Positions 49,713 through 60,674 of a stretch of DNA of 64,000 nucleotides are shown one piece after another (within the stretch, counting starts at the first letter, position 1; every line of letters starts with the position of its first letter). The DNA is from Bacillota bacterium (GTDB lineage Bacteria > Bacillota > Clostridia > Clostridiales > Caloramatoraceae), in NCBI GenBank assembly GCA_023389275.1, contig JAEWEN010000064.1, positions 4,730-68,729 on the forward strand, read 5' to 3'. The notes under the pieces were generated by a model. That model ran no database searches. It worked only from the letters and a program-made list of their open reading frames with translations, and was not told the DNA's origin. The position numbers and the translations under genes were made by a program.

Positions 49713-50657
49713 TTAATTTTTAAAATTTAAAGTTTCTATTAATCTATCATATGCTAAATATGATTCATTAAAAACTTCTTTAGCGTTTTCAATATAATCT
49801 TCTGGCTCTAAAAGAGCTGGACTAAAGTGGGTTAAAATGAGTTTTTTTACCTTAGCTTTTTTTGAAAGTTTTGCAGCTTCCCTAAATGTCATATGTTTAT
49901 TTTTTATAGCTTTATGTAAATCCTCATCACTTCCATATGTGCCTTCACATATAAAAAGATCACTTTCAAAAACAAAATCAACAATACTTTCTATAGGTCT
50001 CGTATCTGTTATATAACTAATTTTTATTCCTTTTCTCTCTTCACCTAAAACCATGTCTTTAGTATATAAAACATTATCTTCTAATATTTCCTCACCTTTT
50101 TGAAGCCTATTCCAATACTTTTTAGGAACATTATTTTTCTGAGCTTTTTCAATACTAAACTTAGGATTTCTTTTTATTTCAAAATTATATCCTAAACATG
50201 GCATAGAGTGTTCAAGGTCTAAAGTTTTTATATATACATTTAAAGGTTCAAATCCTTTTGGTAGTTTTTCTAAAAAACTTTTATCATTAAAATCTATATT
50301 TTTAGGATTTTCAAGTATTACAATTTCATATGGCATTTTACCTACTATATACATTAAACTTTTTACAGCTTCAAATATTCCAACAGGCCCTATAATTATT
50401 AAAGGATTTGTTTTACCACTATTTCCTATAGTTGAAAGTAATCCTGGAAGTCCTATTATATGATCTCCATGTATATGAGTTATACATATAATATCAATGG
50501 TTTTAAATCCCCTACCTACTATTTTCATAGAAACCTGTGTACCTTCACCACAATCTACAAGTATTTTTCTTCCCATGTAGTTAATCATCATAGCAGATAA
50601 ATTTCTATATGGTGTAGGCATTCCTCCACCAGAACCTAAAAGTATTGTTTCCAACAT
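49713..50657 (-). CDS. rnz: ribonuclease Z
   Basis: DCGEGTQ, THIHGDH, exosite arm, TDTRP, LTHFS. Confidence 0.93.
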   Translation of the reverse strand: MLETILLGSGGGMPTPYRNLSAMMINYMGRKILVDCGEGTQVSMKIVGRGFKTIDIICITHIHGDHIIGLPGLLSTIGNSGKTNPLIIIGPVGIFEAVKSLMYIVGKMPYEIVILENPKNIDFNDKSFLEKLPKGFEPLNVYIKTLDLEHSMPCLGYNFEIKRNPKFSIEKAQKNNVPKKYWNRLQKGEEILEDNVLYTKDMVLGEERKGIKISYITDTRPIESIVDFVFESDLFICEGTYGSDEDLHKAIKNKHMTFREAAKLSKKAKVKKLILTHFSPALLEPEDYIENAKEVFNESYLAYDRLIETLNFKN

Positions 50658-50715
50658 AAATACCTTCTCCCTTATATAAAAATAGTACCATGGAATACCA
50701 TGATACTATATTATT

Positions 50716-51615
50716 TTATAAATTTTCTATAAAACTGTCTATTATGTTAACAAGTGTTGATATATCTGGCTTACTAAGCTGTGCATCTGCACCTACTGCA
50801 TCTCCTTTGTGTCTTAAGTCATCTGTTATTAAAGATGAGAATATAACAACAGGTAGTTTTTGAAGTAGTGGATGTTCCTTTACTTTTCTAGTTAAAGTAT
50901 GTCCATCTAATTGAGGCATTTCTATGTCTGTAATTAAAATTTGTACCTTATCAGTAAAGTTTTCACCATATCTTTCAGCTAAATCTAGTAAATATTCTAG
51001 TGCTTGTTGTCCATCATCAAATATAGATAATTTTGTAAAACCTGCTTTTGTTAATGTATTTTTTAAAAGCTTTCTAATTAAGGCTGAATCATCTGCAAGC
51101 ACTAATCTGTACATACTTCTATCTTTATAGTCTACATCAACTATTTTTTCTTCATTTATACCTGTACTTGGATTAATATCTGTTACTATTTTTTCAAAGT
51201 CTAAAAGCTGTACTACTTTTTCACCCATCATTATATTTCCAATAACTAGTGTATTTGAAGATATATCATCTGGTCTTGTTATTTTACTCCATAGTATTCT
51301 GTGAATAGCTATAACATCATCTACTATAAATGCAACTTTTAATTTATTAAATTCACATATAATTACCTTTGCATTTTTTCTCATATTATAGCTTCCACTT
51401 ATTACATAGGAAAGATCTATAAGGCTTATAACCTCATCTCTACATATCATAAGTCCAGCTATTGCAGGATTTGAATCTGGTATTTTTGTTATATTTTCTA
51501 ATAAAACTACTTCTTTAGTTTTTATTACGTTAATAGCATAAGATTGATTATTTATTTTAAATTCTAATATCTCGACTTCTCCGGTTCCTGATTCTAGTAA
51601 TATATTACTTTCCAT
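50716..51615 (-). CDS. cheV: chemotaxis protein CheV (CheW + receiver)
   Basis: CheW N-domain; ADDS, ITDIEMPQLDG, FSSL. Confidence 0.93.
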   Translation of the reverse strand: MESNILLESGTGEVEILEFKINNQSYAINVIKTKEVVLLENITKIPDSNPAIAGLMICRDEVISLIDLSYVISGSYNMRKNAKVIICEFNKLKVAFIVDDVIAIHRILWSKITRPDDISSNTLVIGNIMMGEKVVQLLDFEKIVTDINPSTGINEEKIVDVDYKDRSMYRLVLADDSALIRKLLKNTLTKAGFTKLSIFDDGQQALEYLLDLAERYGENFTDKVQILITDIEMPQLDGHTLTRKVKEHPLLQKLPVVIFSSLITDDLRHKGDAVGADAQLSKPDISTLVNIIDSFIENL

Positions 51616-51810
51616 ATTAGCACCTCTTTTTAAAAATAATATCTTTTTTAATGTTATCGGTTAATACTACATATATATTAATTAAATTTGCTTTTAATAT
51701 TTATTACAATATAATTTTTTTGTAATACAATTTATACTAATTTTTATAACTTAATATGATATACTAAAAAAAATAGTTAAATGTAATTTTCTATGTAAAG
51801 GAGAAAAAAT

Positions 51811-52713
51811 ATGAAAAAGATACTTTTAAAAATGCTAACAGTTTTAACCTTAGTTTGTATAACAGTAACTTTTACAGGAAAAGCAGCCTATGCAGACTCT
51901 TTTAAGGTTGTTACCTTAGGAGCAGACTTAACAAAAGAACAAAAAAGTGAGATGCTTAAGTATTTTAATGTTGGAGAAAAAGATGCTAATATTTTAGAGG
52001 TAAATAAAAGTGAAGAAGAAAAATATCTAGCTAATATTGCATCAGCTAGCCAAATAGGTACAAAATCTATTTCATGTTCATATGTTGAACCTACATCTAA
52101 AGGTGGACTAGATGTTTCAACACACAACATTACATGGGTAACAGATGCTATGATAAGAAATGCACTTATTACTGCAGGTGTTGAAAATGCTGTTGTTAAA
52201 GCTGCAGCTCCTTTTAAAGTTTCAGGAACAGCTGCATTAACTGGAATACTAAAAGGATTTGAAAACAGTAGTAGTGGGAAAAAGTTAGATGAGGAAAATA
52301 AAAAAGTTGCTAATGAAGAGATGATAGTAACAGGTCAAATTGGTGAAAAAATAGGACAAGATGAAGCTGCTAATCTAATAAATGAAGTAAAAACTGAAGT
52401 TGTTAAAGAAAAACCTAAAACAGAAGCTGAAATTAGAGATATTGTTGTTAATGTTACAAACAACTTTCAAAACAGCCTATCCCAGGAAGAAATAAATAAA
52501 ATTACATCATTAATGAACAACATTAATGGACTTAATCTTGATTTTAATAAAATTAAAGATCAGTTAAACCAAGCTTCAGAAAAGCTAAAAGAAACTTTAT
52601 CATCTGAAGAAGCACAAGGATTTTTTGAAGGAGTCAAAAACTTCTTTTCAAAGTTATTTGAATCTATATCTTCCTTCTTTAGCAGTGATTCAACAGAAAA
52701 TGCTCAAAACTAA
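51811..52713 (+). CDS. secreted DUF1002 (YpuA-like) protein
   Basis: VTLGADLT, NALITAGV, AAPFKVSGTAALTGI. Confidence 0.85.
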   Translation: MKKILLKMLTVLTLVCITVTFTGKAAYADSFKVVTLGADLTKEQKSEMLKYFNVGEKDANILEVNKSEEEKYLANIASASQIGTKSISCSYVEPTSKGGLDVSTHNITWVTDAMIRNALITAGVENAVVKAAAPFKVSGTAALTGILKGFENSSSGKKLDEENKKVANEEMIVTGQIGEKIGQDEAANLINEVKTEVVKEKPKTEAEIRDIVVNVTNNFQNSLSQEEINKITSLMNNINGLNLDFNKIKDQLNQASEKLKETLSSEEAQGFFEGVKNFFSKLFESISSFFSSDSTENAQN

Positions 52714-52723
52714 TACATAAAAG

Positions 52724-52764
52724 TAATTAGTCTATACTAACTAAGGTTAGTATAGACTAATTTA
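52724..52764. terminator. bidirectional terminator
   Basis: AATTAGTCTATACTAAC-TAAG-GTTAGTATAGACTAATT. Confidence 0.8.
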
Positions 52765-54042
52765 TTATTTATATCTATTTATTATTTTTTTAAGTGTATC
52801 TACAAACTCTTCGACTTCTTGTTCATTGTTATAAAGACCAAAACTTGCTCTTACCATACCTGGCATGTCTATACCATTTATAGCATAATTATATGCTGTT
52901 TCCTTACTTATTCCTAAAAGCCTTCTAACATAAGGATGGGCACAAAATCCTCCATGTCTAACTGCAATACCTCTAAAATCAGCTAGCCTTTTAGCAACTA
53001 TATCGTGTCCTATACCCTCTATATTAAATGTTACTACTCCTAGTCTTTCGTCATCTGACTCATCTCCATATAATATAGTTCTATCAATTGTTTTTAATCC
53101 TTTAATTAAATGATTTCGAAGATCTTTTTCATGTTTTTCTATATTTTCAAATCCAGTAGCAAGAAGAGATTTCATAGCTGAGGAAATAGCAACTATACCT
53201 AAAAAGTTTGGTGTTCCAGCTTCATATTTATGTGGAGTTTTTTCTACATAAACTTTATCATCTAAAACTACTTCAACTGCTCCTCCACCTTTTAAAAGTT
53301 CTTCTCCACTATCTAAGTCTTTTTTTAATCCAATAACAACTCCACTTCCAAAAGGAGCATATATTTTATGTCCTGAAAAAACTAAATAGTCTATATAATC
53401 ATCTTTTTCATATCCACCTATATTTATTTTTTTATGTGCAACTAATTGTGCTGCATCTACTATAATTTTTATCCCATATCTATGAGCAATTTTAGCTATT
53501 TTATTAATATCGTTTACATATCCTGTTACATTTGATGCAGCTGTTATAGTAAAATATTTTGCTCTTCCACTATTTTTTCTTAAAACTTTTTCTATATCAT
53601 TTAAATCTAATTTTCCATTTTTATCAACATCTATATAAACTACTTTGCAAGCATTTCTCCATGGAAGATCATTTGCATGATGTTCCATTCTAGTTGTTAT
53701 TATAACTTCATCTTTATTTTTAATTAGTGATTTAGCAAGTAAGTTTACACCTTCTGTAGTGTTTTTAACATATATAACAGAGTAATTTTCCCTATGTTTT
53801 ACATTAAAAAAATCAAGCATAAATTCTCTAGTATCCTCATAAACCTGTGTACAATATTCAGACCTTTGTCCCTTTCCTCTTCCAACTGATCCATACATTA
53901 ATATATTTTGTATAAGCGTATTATTAACGCATTTTAAAGGTGGTGTAGTTGCAGCATTATCAAAGTTAATAGGTATTACACTTTCCCCATTTTCAAGTGC
54001 TATTGGCATGTTTAATCCGGAAAACAATTTTCTATACCCCAT
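52765..54042 (-). CDS. class V PLP enzyme, cysteine desulfurase-like (group II)
   Basis: FDNAATTP, EHHAN, DAAQ, FSGHK, EAGTPN, RHGGFCAHPY. Confidence 0.88.
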   Translation of the reverse strand: MGYRKLFSGLNMPIALENGESVIPINFDNAATTPPLKCVNNTLIQNILMYGSVGRGKGQRSEYCTQVYEDTREFMLDFFNVKHRENYSVIYVKNTTEGVNLLAKSLIKNKDEVIITTRMEHHANDLPWRNACKVVYIDVDKNGKLDLNDIEKVLRKNSGRAKYFTITAASNVTGYVNDINKIAKIAHRYGIKIIVDAAQLVAHKKINIGGYEKDDYIDYLVFSGHKIYAPFGSGVVIGLKKDLDSGEELLKGGGAVEVVLDDKVYVEKTPHKYEAGTPNFLGIVAISSAMKSLLATGFENIEKHEKDLRNHLIKGLKTIDRTILYGDESDDERLGVVTFNIEGIGHDIVAKRLADFRGIAVRHGGFCAHPYVRRLLGISKETAYNYAINGIDMPGMVRASFGLYNNEQEVEEFVDTLKKIINRYK

Positions 54043-54285
54043 TTAAATCTCCCTTCTAAATTATCCATTATATTAATATATTCAAAATAATAAAATTAAG
54101 TTCTTTGTTTAATTCCTATAGAATTTATGTAAAATAAGCTTGTTTTTACAAATAATATTCGATTTCTTTAGTATATATTTTATAAAATGTAATTTTTAGT
54201 TTGTAATTAGTAAAGATTTATTCTATAATTACATCAATAAATTTTAAAAACATTTTTTATATAAAGGAGTTTGATTTGAGATAAA

Positions 54286-55125
54286 ATGAAAAAGATGAAA
54301 CCTGAAAAACTAAAACTACACGGATTTAACAATCTAACTAAGTCTTTAAGCTTTAATATGTATGATATATGCTATACCAAAACTGAGGTAGATAGAAATG
54401 CATATATAGAGTATATTGATGAACAGTATAGCGCAGAAAGACTAACTAAAATTTTAACTAACGTTACTGAAATTATTGGGGCAAATATATTAAATATTGC
54501 CAAACAAGATTATGACCCTCAAGGTGCTAGTGTAACTATTTTAATTTCTGAAGGTCCTGTAGAAAACCTTGGTTCTCATGCTACAGCAGAGTCACCAGGA
54601 CCATTACCTGAAACTGTTTTAGCACACCTTGATAAAAGTCATATAACTGTTCACACTTACCCTGAATACCATCCTTATGAAGGTATTAGTACTTTTAGAG
54701 TAGACATTGATGTATCAACTTGTGGAGAAATTTCGCCTCTTAAGGCACTAAATTATCTTATACATTCATTTGATACTGATATTATGACTATAGATTATCG
54801 TGTTAGAGGTTTCACTCGTGACATTGGTGGAGAAAAACTATTTATAGATCATGAAATAAACTCTATACAAAATTATATACCAGACCATATAAGAAATATG
54901 TATAACATGATAGATGTTAATGTATATCAAGAAAATATATTCCATACAAAGTGTAAACTTAAAAACTTTGACCTTGATAATTACTTATTTGGATATACAA
55001 AAGACGATCTACATCCTGGAGAAGCTAAAATGATTGTTAAAAAGCTTCAAAAGGAAATGAATGAAATATTCTATGGAACTAATGTTGAAGATGCTATGGT
55101 AAAAATAGAGGACTATGATGAATAA
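54286..55125 (+). CDS. speD: S-adenosylmethionine decarboxylase proenzyme (E. coli-type)
   Basis: [24 protein letters not shown] processing site, DVSTCG. Confidence 0.95.
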   Translation: MKKMKPEKLKLHGFNNLTKSLSFNMYDICYTKTEVDRNAYIEYIDEQYSAERLTKILTNVTEIIGANILNIAKQDYDPQGASVTILISEGPVENLGSHATAESPGPLPETVLAHLDKSHITVHTYPEYHPYEGISTFRVDIDVSTCGEISPLKALNYLIHSFDTDIMTIDYRVRGFTRDIGGEKLFIDHEINSIQNYIPDHIRNMYNMIDVNVYQENIFHTKCKLKNFDLDNYLFGYTKDDLHPGEAKMIVKKLQKEMNEIFYGTNVEDAMVKIEDYDE

Positions 55126-57442
55126 GCACCTTAACACACCACTACTTTCAAAAGTAGTTGAGTACTCTAAAAAAGATGTAACATGTTTTGATGTTCCAGG
55201 ACATAAAAGAGGTAGATATTTAACAGAACTTAATAAAGCCTTTGGAGAAGGTACCTTAAAATTAGACGTTAATTCTTCTAAAACTGTAGACAACCTATCA
55301 AGTCCAAAGGGAGTTATAAAAGATGCAGAAGGTTTAATAGCAGATGCTTTTAAATGTTCTAATGCTTTCATGCTTGTTAACGGTTCAACCTCTGGAGTTC
55401 AATACATGATTATGGCAGCTACTGGACATGGAGATAAAATTTTACTTCCAAGAAATGTTCATAAGTCTGCAATAAATGCTTTAATACTCTCTGGTGCTAA
55501 ACCTATTTTTATAGAACCTGAAATAGACACAGAGTATGGTATTGTTAATGGCATAACCCCTGAGTCTGTAAGTCATGCATTAGACCTTCACAATGACATT
55601 AAAGCTGTTTTATTAATTAATCCAACTTATTTTGGAGCAGCTTCTAACATAAAGAAAATTATTGAAATATGTCATAGTAGAAAAATTCCTGTATTAGTTG
55701 ATCAAGCACATGGAGCTCATTTTTCTTTTCATAAAGATATACCTCCTAGTGCTTCAGAACTTGGTGCAGATCTTATAACTTTAAGTATGCATAAAACAGG
55801 AGGCTCGCTTACTCAAACTTCTATACTCCTTCATAATGAAGGTATTATAGAAAAAACTAAAGTAAGATCTACTATTAATTTAATGCAAACAACTTCTGCT
55901 TCTTATATTTTAATGTCATCTATTGATATTGCAAGGAAAAAACTTGTTTTAGAAGGAGAAGAAAGACTAGATAAGCTTTTAAAATTAACTAGAGATGCTA
56001 AAGAAGAGATAAATAAAATTCCAGGACTTAAATGTATAATGAAAAAAGACTATATAAATGGTCAGGGAGTTTTTGACTATGATGACTTAAAGGTAGTTAT
56101 AAATGTTAAAAACCTTGGGGTGTCTGGATTTTTTATTTACGACTTATTAATTAACGAATATTCTATTCAAATGGAACTTGCTGAACCTAACGTTGTTTTA
56201 GCTATTATTTCATTTGGAGATGATGAGTCTACTATAAACAAACTTTTAAGTGCTCTTTGGGATATTAGTAAAAGGTTTTTCAATAAAAATCCTATTAAAA
56301 ATAGAGATGTTTCTAAAAGTCTTAAAAACCCTAAAATGTTACTTTCACCAAGAGATGCTTATTACCACAAAAAAAGACTTATAAATATTAAAGATTCTGA
56401 AGGCCTTATAGCTGGAGAATCTATAATGGTGTATCCACCAGGAATACCTCTTATTATACCTGGTGAATTAATAACAAAAGATATTATAGATCATTATCTT
56501 TACTTAAAAAGCGAAGGTACTATAACTCTTAATGAAGATGATGATCCCTATATGATACAAATACTAGATGGTAGCAAGGAGGATAAAATGTTAGATTTAT
56601 GGTATACAGAAAATCACCAAGAGGACACTAAGTTCTCTATAAAAGTTAAGGAGCATATTCACTCAGAAAAGTCTGAGTTTCAACAAATAGATTTTTTCGA
56701 TAGCGAAACATTTGGAAGATTTTTCACACTTGATGGACTTATGATGGTAACTGAAAAAGATGAGTTTATTTATCATGATATGATAACTCATATTCCTATG
56801 GCAGTTAATCCTAATATTAAAAAAGTTCTTATTATAGGTGGCGGAGACGGTGGTACTGCACGTGAAGTTTTAAGATACAATCATATTGAAAAAGTAGATA
56901 TGGTAGAAATTGATGAAAGAGTTGTTAGACTTTGTGAAAAATACCTACCACAAACAGCAGGCAAATTAAATGATGAAAGACTTACTCTTCACTTTGAAGA
57001 TGGATTAAAATTTGTACAAGAATCTCCTGAAAATACATATGATTTAATTCTTGTTGATTCAACAGATCCAATAGGTCCTGGAGAAGGTTTATTTACTTAT
57101 GAGTTTTATAATAACTGTAAAAGAGTATTAACTGATGCTGGAATTTTAATAAACCAACATGAAAGCCCTTACTACTCAAACTATTCGCATGAAATGAAAA
57201 GAGCTCATTTAAAAATAAAGGAAACCTTCCCTATTGCAAAGGTTTATCAATTCCATATGCCAACTTATCCATCAGGACATTGGCTATTTGGATTTGCATC
57301 TAAAAAACTTGATCCTTTAAAAGATCTTAATGCTGATAAATGGAACTCTTTAAATATAAAAACAAAGTATTATAATACTGATTTACATGTTGGTGCATTT
57401 ATGCTACCTACTTATGTAAAGGATGAACTAAATAATGCTTAA
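55115..57442 (+). CDS. fusion of Arg/Lys/Orn decarboxylase (fold I) and spermidine synthase/aminopropyltransferase
   Basis: DVPGHK, LVNGST, PRNVHKS, DQAHG, SMHK(PLP)T, YPPGIP; then MLDLWYTE..., [17 protein letters not shown]. Confidence 0.9.
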   Translation: MMNKHLNTPLLSKVVEYSKKDVTCFDVPGHKRGRYLTELNKAFGEGTLKLDVNSSKTVDNLSSPKGVIKDAEGLIADAFKCSNAFMLVNGSTSGVQYMIMAATGHGDKILLPRNVHKSAINALILSGAKPIFIEPEIDTEYGIVNGITPESVSHALDLHNDIKAVLLINPTYFGAASNIKKIIEICHSRKIPVLVDQAHGAHFSFHKDIPPSASELGADLITLSMHKTGGSLTQTSILLHNEGIIEKTKVRSTINLMQTTSASYILMSSIDIARKKLVLEGEERLDKLLKLTRDAKEEINKIPGLKCIMKKDYINGQGVFDYDDLKVVINVKNLGVSGFFIYDLLINEYSIQMELAEPNVVLAIISFGDDESTINKLLSALWDISKRFFNKNPIKNRDVSKSLKNPKMLLSPRDAYYHKKRLINIKDSEGLIAGESIMVYPPGIPLIIPGELITKDIIDHYLYLKSEGTITLNEDDDPYMIQILDGSKEDKMLDLWYTENHQEDTKFSIKVKEHIHSEKSEFQQIDFFDSETFGRFFTLDGLMMVTEKDEFIYHDMITHIPMAVNPNIKKVLIIGGGDGGTAREVLRYNHIEKVDMVEIDERVVRLCEKYLPQTAGKLNDERLTLHFEDGLKFVQESPENTYDLILVDSTDPIGPGEGLFTYEFYNNCKRVLTDAGILINQHESPYYSNYSHEMKRAHLKIKETFPIAKVYQFHMPTYPSGHWLFGFASKKLDPLKDLNADKWNSLNIKTKYYNTDLHVGAFMLPTYVKDELNNA
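56576..56590 (+). promoter_or_regulatory. internal RBS and in-frame ATG at the start of the SpeE half
   Basis: AAGGAGG 56576-56582, 5-nt spacer, ATG 56588-56590 = Met492. Confidence 0.7.
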
Positions 57443-58283
57443 TACATTTGTAACAAAGTCTTTTATAGGATTTGAATCATCTTATGAAGACTCTAATATA
57501 GTAATGTTTGGGGCACCATTTGATGGAACAACTAGTTTTAGACCAGGAACTAGATTTGCTCCAAATCAAATTAGAATAGACTCATATGGTCTTGAAACAT
57601 ACTCTCCTTATTTAGATCTTGATGTAGAAGATAAATGTATATCTGATATAGGAGATGTTGATATTCCCTTTGGAAATACAAAAAAAGCTCTTGATAGTAT
57701 AAAATGTACATGTGAAAAAATAATAAATGATGGGAAAAAACCTTTACTAATAGGTGGAGAACATTTAGTTTCTCTTCCTGTTATTGAAAGCCTTTATGAA
57801 AAATATGAAAACCTTCATATAATACACTTTGATGCTCATACTGATCTTCGTGAAGATTATATGGGAGAAAAGCTTTCCCACGCAACTGTTATAAAAAGAG
57901 CTTGGGATTTAGTTGGAGACAATAAAATATTTCAGTTTGGTATAAGATCTGGAACAAAAACTGAATTTGAATTTGCATGTAAACATACTTATTTAAATAA
58001 ATTTGATTTAAGCAATTTAGATTTTGCTATAAAGTCTATTGGAAATAATCCAGTATACCTAACTATAGACCTTGATGTTTTAGATCCTTCAATATTCCCT
58101 GGAACAGGAACTCCTGAAGCAGGTGGAATTACAATGAAAGAAATGTTTTCAGCAATTAATTCTATGAAAAGTTTAAATTTTGTAGGTGCTGATATTGTTG
58201 AACTTTCTCCTTCATATGATCAAAGTGGAGTTTCAACAGCTGTAGCTTGTAAAGTTATAAGAGAAATATCCCTTATATTATAA
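57435..58283 (+). CDS. speB: agmatinase (ureohydrolase)
   Basis: GGEH, HFDAHTD, DLDVLDP, GTGTPE. Confidence 0.92.
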   Translation: MLNTFVTKSFIGFESSYEDSNIVMFGAPFDGTTSFRPGTRFAPNQIRIDSYGLETYSPYLDLDVEDKCISDIGDVDIPFGNTKKALDSIKCTCEKIINDGKKPLLIGGEHLVSLPVIESLYEKYENLHIIHFDAHTDLREDYMGEKLSHATVIKRAWDLVGDNKIFQFGIRSGTKTEFEFACKHTYLNKFDLSNLDFAIKSIGNNPVYLTIDLDVLDPSIFPGTGTPEAGGITMKEMFSAINSMKSLNFVGADIVELSPSYDQSGVSTAVACKVIREISLIL

Positions 58284-58285
58284 TA

Positions 58286-58315
58286 AAAAAGCTGAGAATT
58301 AATTCTCAGCTTTTT
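58286..58315. terminator. bidirectional terminator
   Basis: AAAAAGCTGAGAAT/ATTCTCAGCTTTTT. Confidence 0.8.
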
Positions 58316-59642
58316 CTATACAGTACTTTTTAGAAATCTTTTTAAATAGTATAAATTTATAAACAGTAAAACTTACTACTCCCTTTACCATACTAGATAT
58401 TGCAATACTCCACCAAATTCCATTTACACCTAAAAACTTAACTAAAACAATTGCAAGTGGAATTCTAATTAAGGTAAGCCCAATACTTATACTTGCAGCA
58501 TACTTAGTAGCCCCAAGACCTATAAAAGCTCCATTAGTTATCATCTCAACAGATGCTAAAATTTGTGAAACTCCTATTATTCTTAAATAGTCTGCTGTTA
58601 TTTTAATTGTTAAAGCATCTTTTACAAATATTTGAGCTATTTTATCTGGTATAAAAAGTAGCACTAATGTTATTAGAAATGTATAAAAAATTCCTAGCTT
58701 TATACATATATTATACCCTTTACTTATTCTATCTATTTTTTTAGCTCCAATATTTTGTCCTATAAAGCTAGATGTAGCACCATTAAATCCACCAATTATA
58801 GTAAATGTTATAGACTCTATTTGAAGCCCTATTTTTTGTGCCGCAATTGCCTCTGCTCCATAAATTGCTATTATCTTTGCAAGTGATATATTAATTAATG
58901 TAAAAATAACTCTTTGTGCAGCATTTGGAAATCCTAAAACAACTATTTCCTTTAGCATTTTTATATCAAAATATTTAATAAGATTAAAACGATATAATCC
59001 TTTTGAAGCCTTTATAGACATTATAAAAACTACTAAATTAGATATAGTTGTAGCAATAGCTGCTCCATTTACTCCAAGATTTAAAGTGTAAATAAATATA
59101 GGATCTAACACAATATTTAACAAAATTCCTATACCACTAATTTTTAAAGATATTTTATTGTTTCCAAAACTTGAAAAAATCCTAGTAAAAAGTGTATTAA
59201 AAAACACTATTATCATTGATACTCCACTTATAATAAGATAAGATAAAGCATCTTTTTCAACTTCTAGATTATTTATTCCTAAATAATCTAGAAGATTTTT
59301 CCCAAATAAAACTATACATGTTGCATATAAAATTCCTATTGTAAGATTTAATGCAAAAGCTGTATTAATATATTTATTTGTCATTTTTTCTTCTTTAGCA
59401 CCTATAGCATGTGCTACTTTAACACTTCCACCTACAACTACCATAGCATTTATAGCATAGCCCATACCTATAAAAAAACTTGAGGAACCTATACTAGCAA
59501 CAGCATTACTACCAAGTCCCCCAACCCAAATCATATCAATTAAATTATAAGTAAACTGTAAAAGGGATGTTCCAACTAAAGGCATTGCAAGAGCTATAAT
59601 AGTATTTAAAACATTTCCACTAGTTAAATCTACCTTTTTCAT
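58299..59642 (-). CDS. MATE family efflux transporter
   Basis: YNLIDMIWVG, NIVLDPIFI, GVNGAAIAT; multiple TM segments. Confidence 0.92.
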   Translation of the reverse strand: MKKVDLTSGNVLNTIIALAMPLVGTSLLQFTYNLIDMIWVGGLGSNAVASIGSSSFFIGMGYAINAMVVVGGSVKVAHAIGAKEEKMTNKYINTAFALNLTIGILYATCIVLFGKNLLDYLGINNLEVEKDALSYLIISGVSMIIVFFNTLFTRIFSSFGNNKISLKISGIGILLNIVLDPIFIYTLNLGVNGAAIATTISNLVVFIMSIKASKGLYRFNLIKYFDIKMLKEIVVLGFPNAAQRVIFTLINISLAKIIAIYGAEAIAAQKIGLQIESITFTIIGGFNGATSSFIGQNIGAKKIDRISKGYNICIKLGIFYTFLITLVLLFIPDKIAQIFVKDALTIKITADYLRIIGVSQILASVEMITNGAFIGLGATKYAASISIGLTLIRIPLAIVLVKFLGVNGIWWSIAISSMVKGVVSFTVYKFILFKKISKKYCIEKAEN

Positions 59643-59656
59643 ATACTCTCCCCTTA

Positions 59657-60559
59657 TTATTTATCTGTTGTTTTATATCCTTTATTTTTCTCAAAGTATA
59701 TTCTAATTAATTGTAAAAATATCATAATACCTATACCTAATATAAAAAAACTTATACTAAAAGTATTAATATCCATAGAAGGCTTTGGTGTGCTTAGGGA
59801 TTCTGGGCCTTTAAATATTGAATAAATTGACCCTATCATAAGACCAATAATAGTATATATAGTTTGAGATCTATAGTTTATTAAAAGATTTTTTATAACT
59901 CTAACTGTTAATACAAGACCAGTTATAACTCCTAAACAAAATATTAAAATCATAGGTAAATATGTAAAATCAAGCATTATAATATTTTTAATAGCTGATA
60001 TTATTGTTGTATATAAACCTAATATTAAAAGTATAGTAGAACCTGATATACCTGGAAGCACCATAGCTGATATTGCTATCATTCCACTTGCAAAAACATA
60101 TATTAAAAATCCAAAAGTAAATTCTTTATCTAAATTCACTCCAATGTCTCCTACAGGATTAAAATAGCTTAAAAGTCCTACAACTGCAATTCCCATTATT
60201 AAAAATAAAATATTTCTATATTTTCCTATAATAAATTTCTTTTCTTCCCTTATTATTAAAGGTATAGATGATATTATAAAACCTACAAATACAGAGCTTA
60301 TTTTATATATTTCTTTTTCAAATACAGATGATAAAAATATCATAGATAAACCCATTCCAAATATCCATCCTATACCTATTTTAAAAATAAACATAATTCC
60401 TTCTTTTTTGCTATTTTTATTTCCTGAAATAACATTATTTATAGAATTAATAAATTTATTATAAAAACCAAGTATAAATGCAACTGTTCCACCTGAAACC
60501 CCTGGTACACTATCAGCTAATGCCATGCAAAAACCTCGTATAAAATTAATAATGTACAT
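59657..60559 (-). CDS. DUF368 membrane protein (undecaprenyl-phosphate translocase family)
   Basis: ADSVPGVSGGT and AMVLPGISGS re-entrant motifs. Confidence 0.88.
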   Translation of the reverse strand: MYIINFIRGFCMALADSVPGVSGGTVAFILGFYNKFINSINNVISGNKNSKKEGIMFIFKIGIGWIFGMGLSMIFLSSVFEKEIYKISSVFVGFIISSIPLIIREEKKFIIGKYRNILFLIMGIAVVGLLSYFNPVGDIGVNLDKEFTFGFLIYVFASGMIAISAMVLPGISGSTILLILGLYTTIISAIKNIIMLDFTYLPMILIFCLGVITGLVLTVRVIKNLLINYRSQTIYTIIGLMIGSIYSIFKGPESLSTPKPSMDINTFSISFFILGIGIMIFLQLIRIYFEKNKGYKTTDK

Positions 60560-60639
60560 GTTGCCTCCTTTAAGTAAAATTATTTCGTCTAAGTCTTAGT
60601 ATACACAAATTAATATATCATTTCTATATTAAAGTAATA

Positions 60640-60674
60640 GGGCCTCTAAAACTAACTGTTTTAGAGGCGCTTTA
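60640..60674 (-). terminator. intrinsic terminator
   Basis: GCCTCTAAAAC-TAACT-GTTTTAGAGGC. Confidence 0.7.

Noticed and set aside
45407..56590. Possible RavA-decarboxylase cage (as with E. coli RavA-LdcI), with ppGpp supplied by relQ
   Set aside because: The genes are about 9 kb apart in different operons, the ATPase seems to lack LARA and the decarboxylase lacks the N-terminal wing domain; proximity is probably coincidence.
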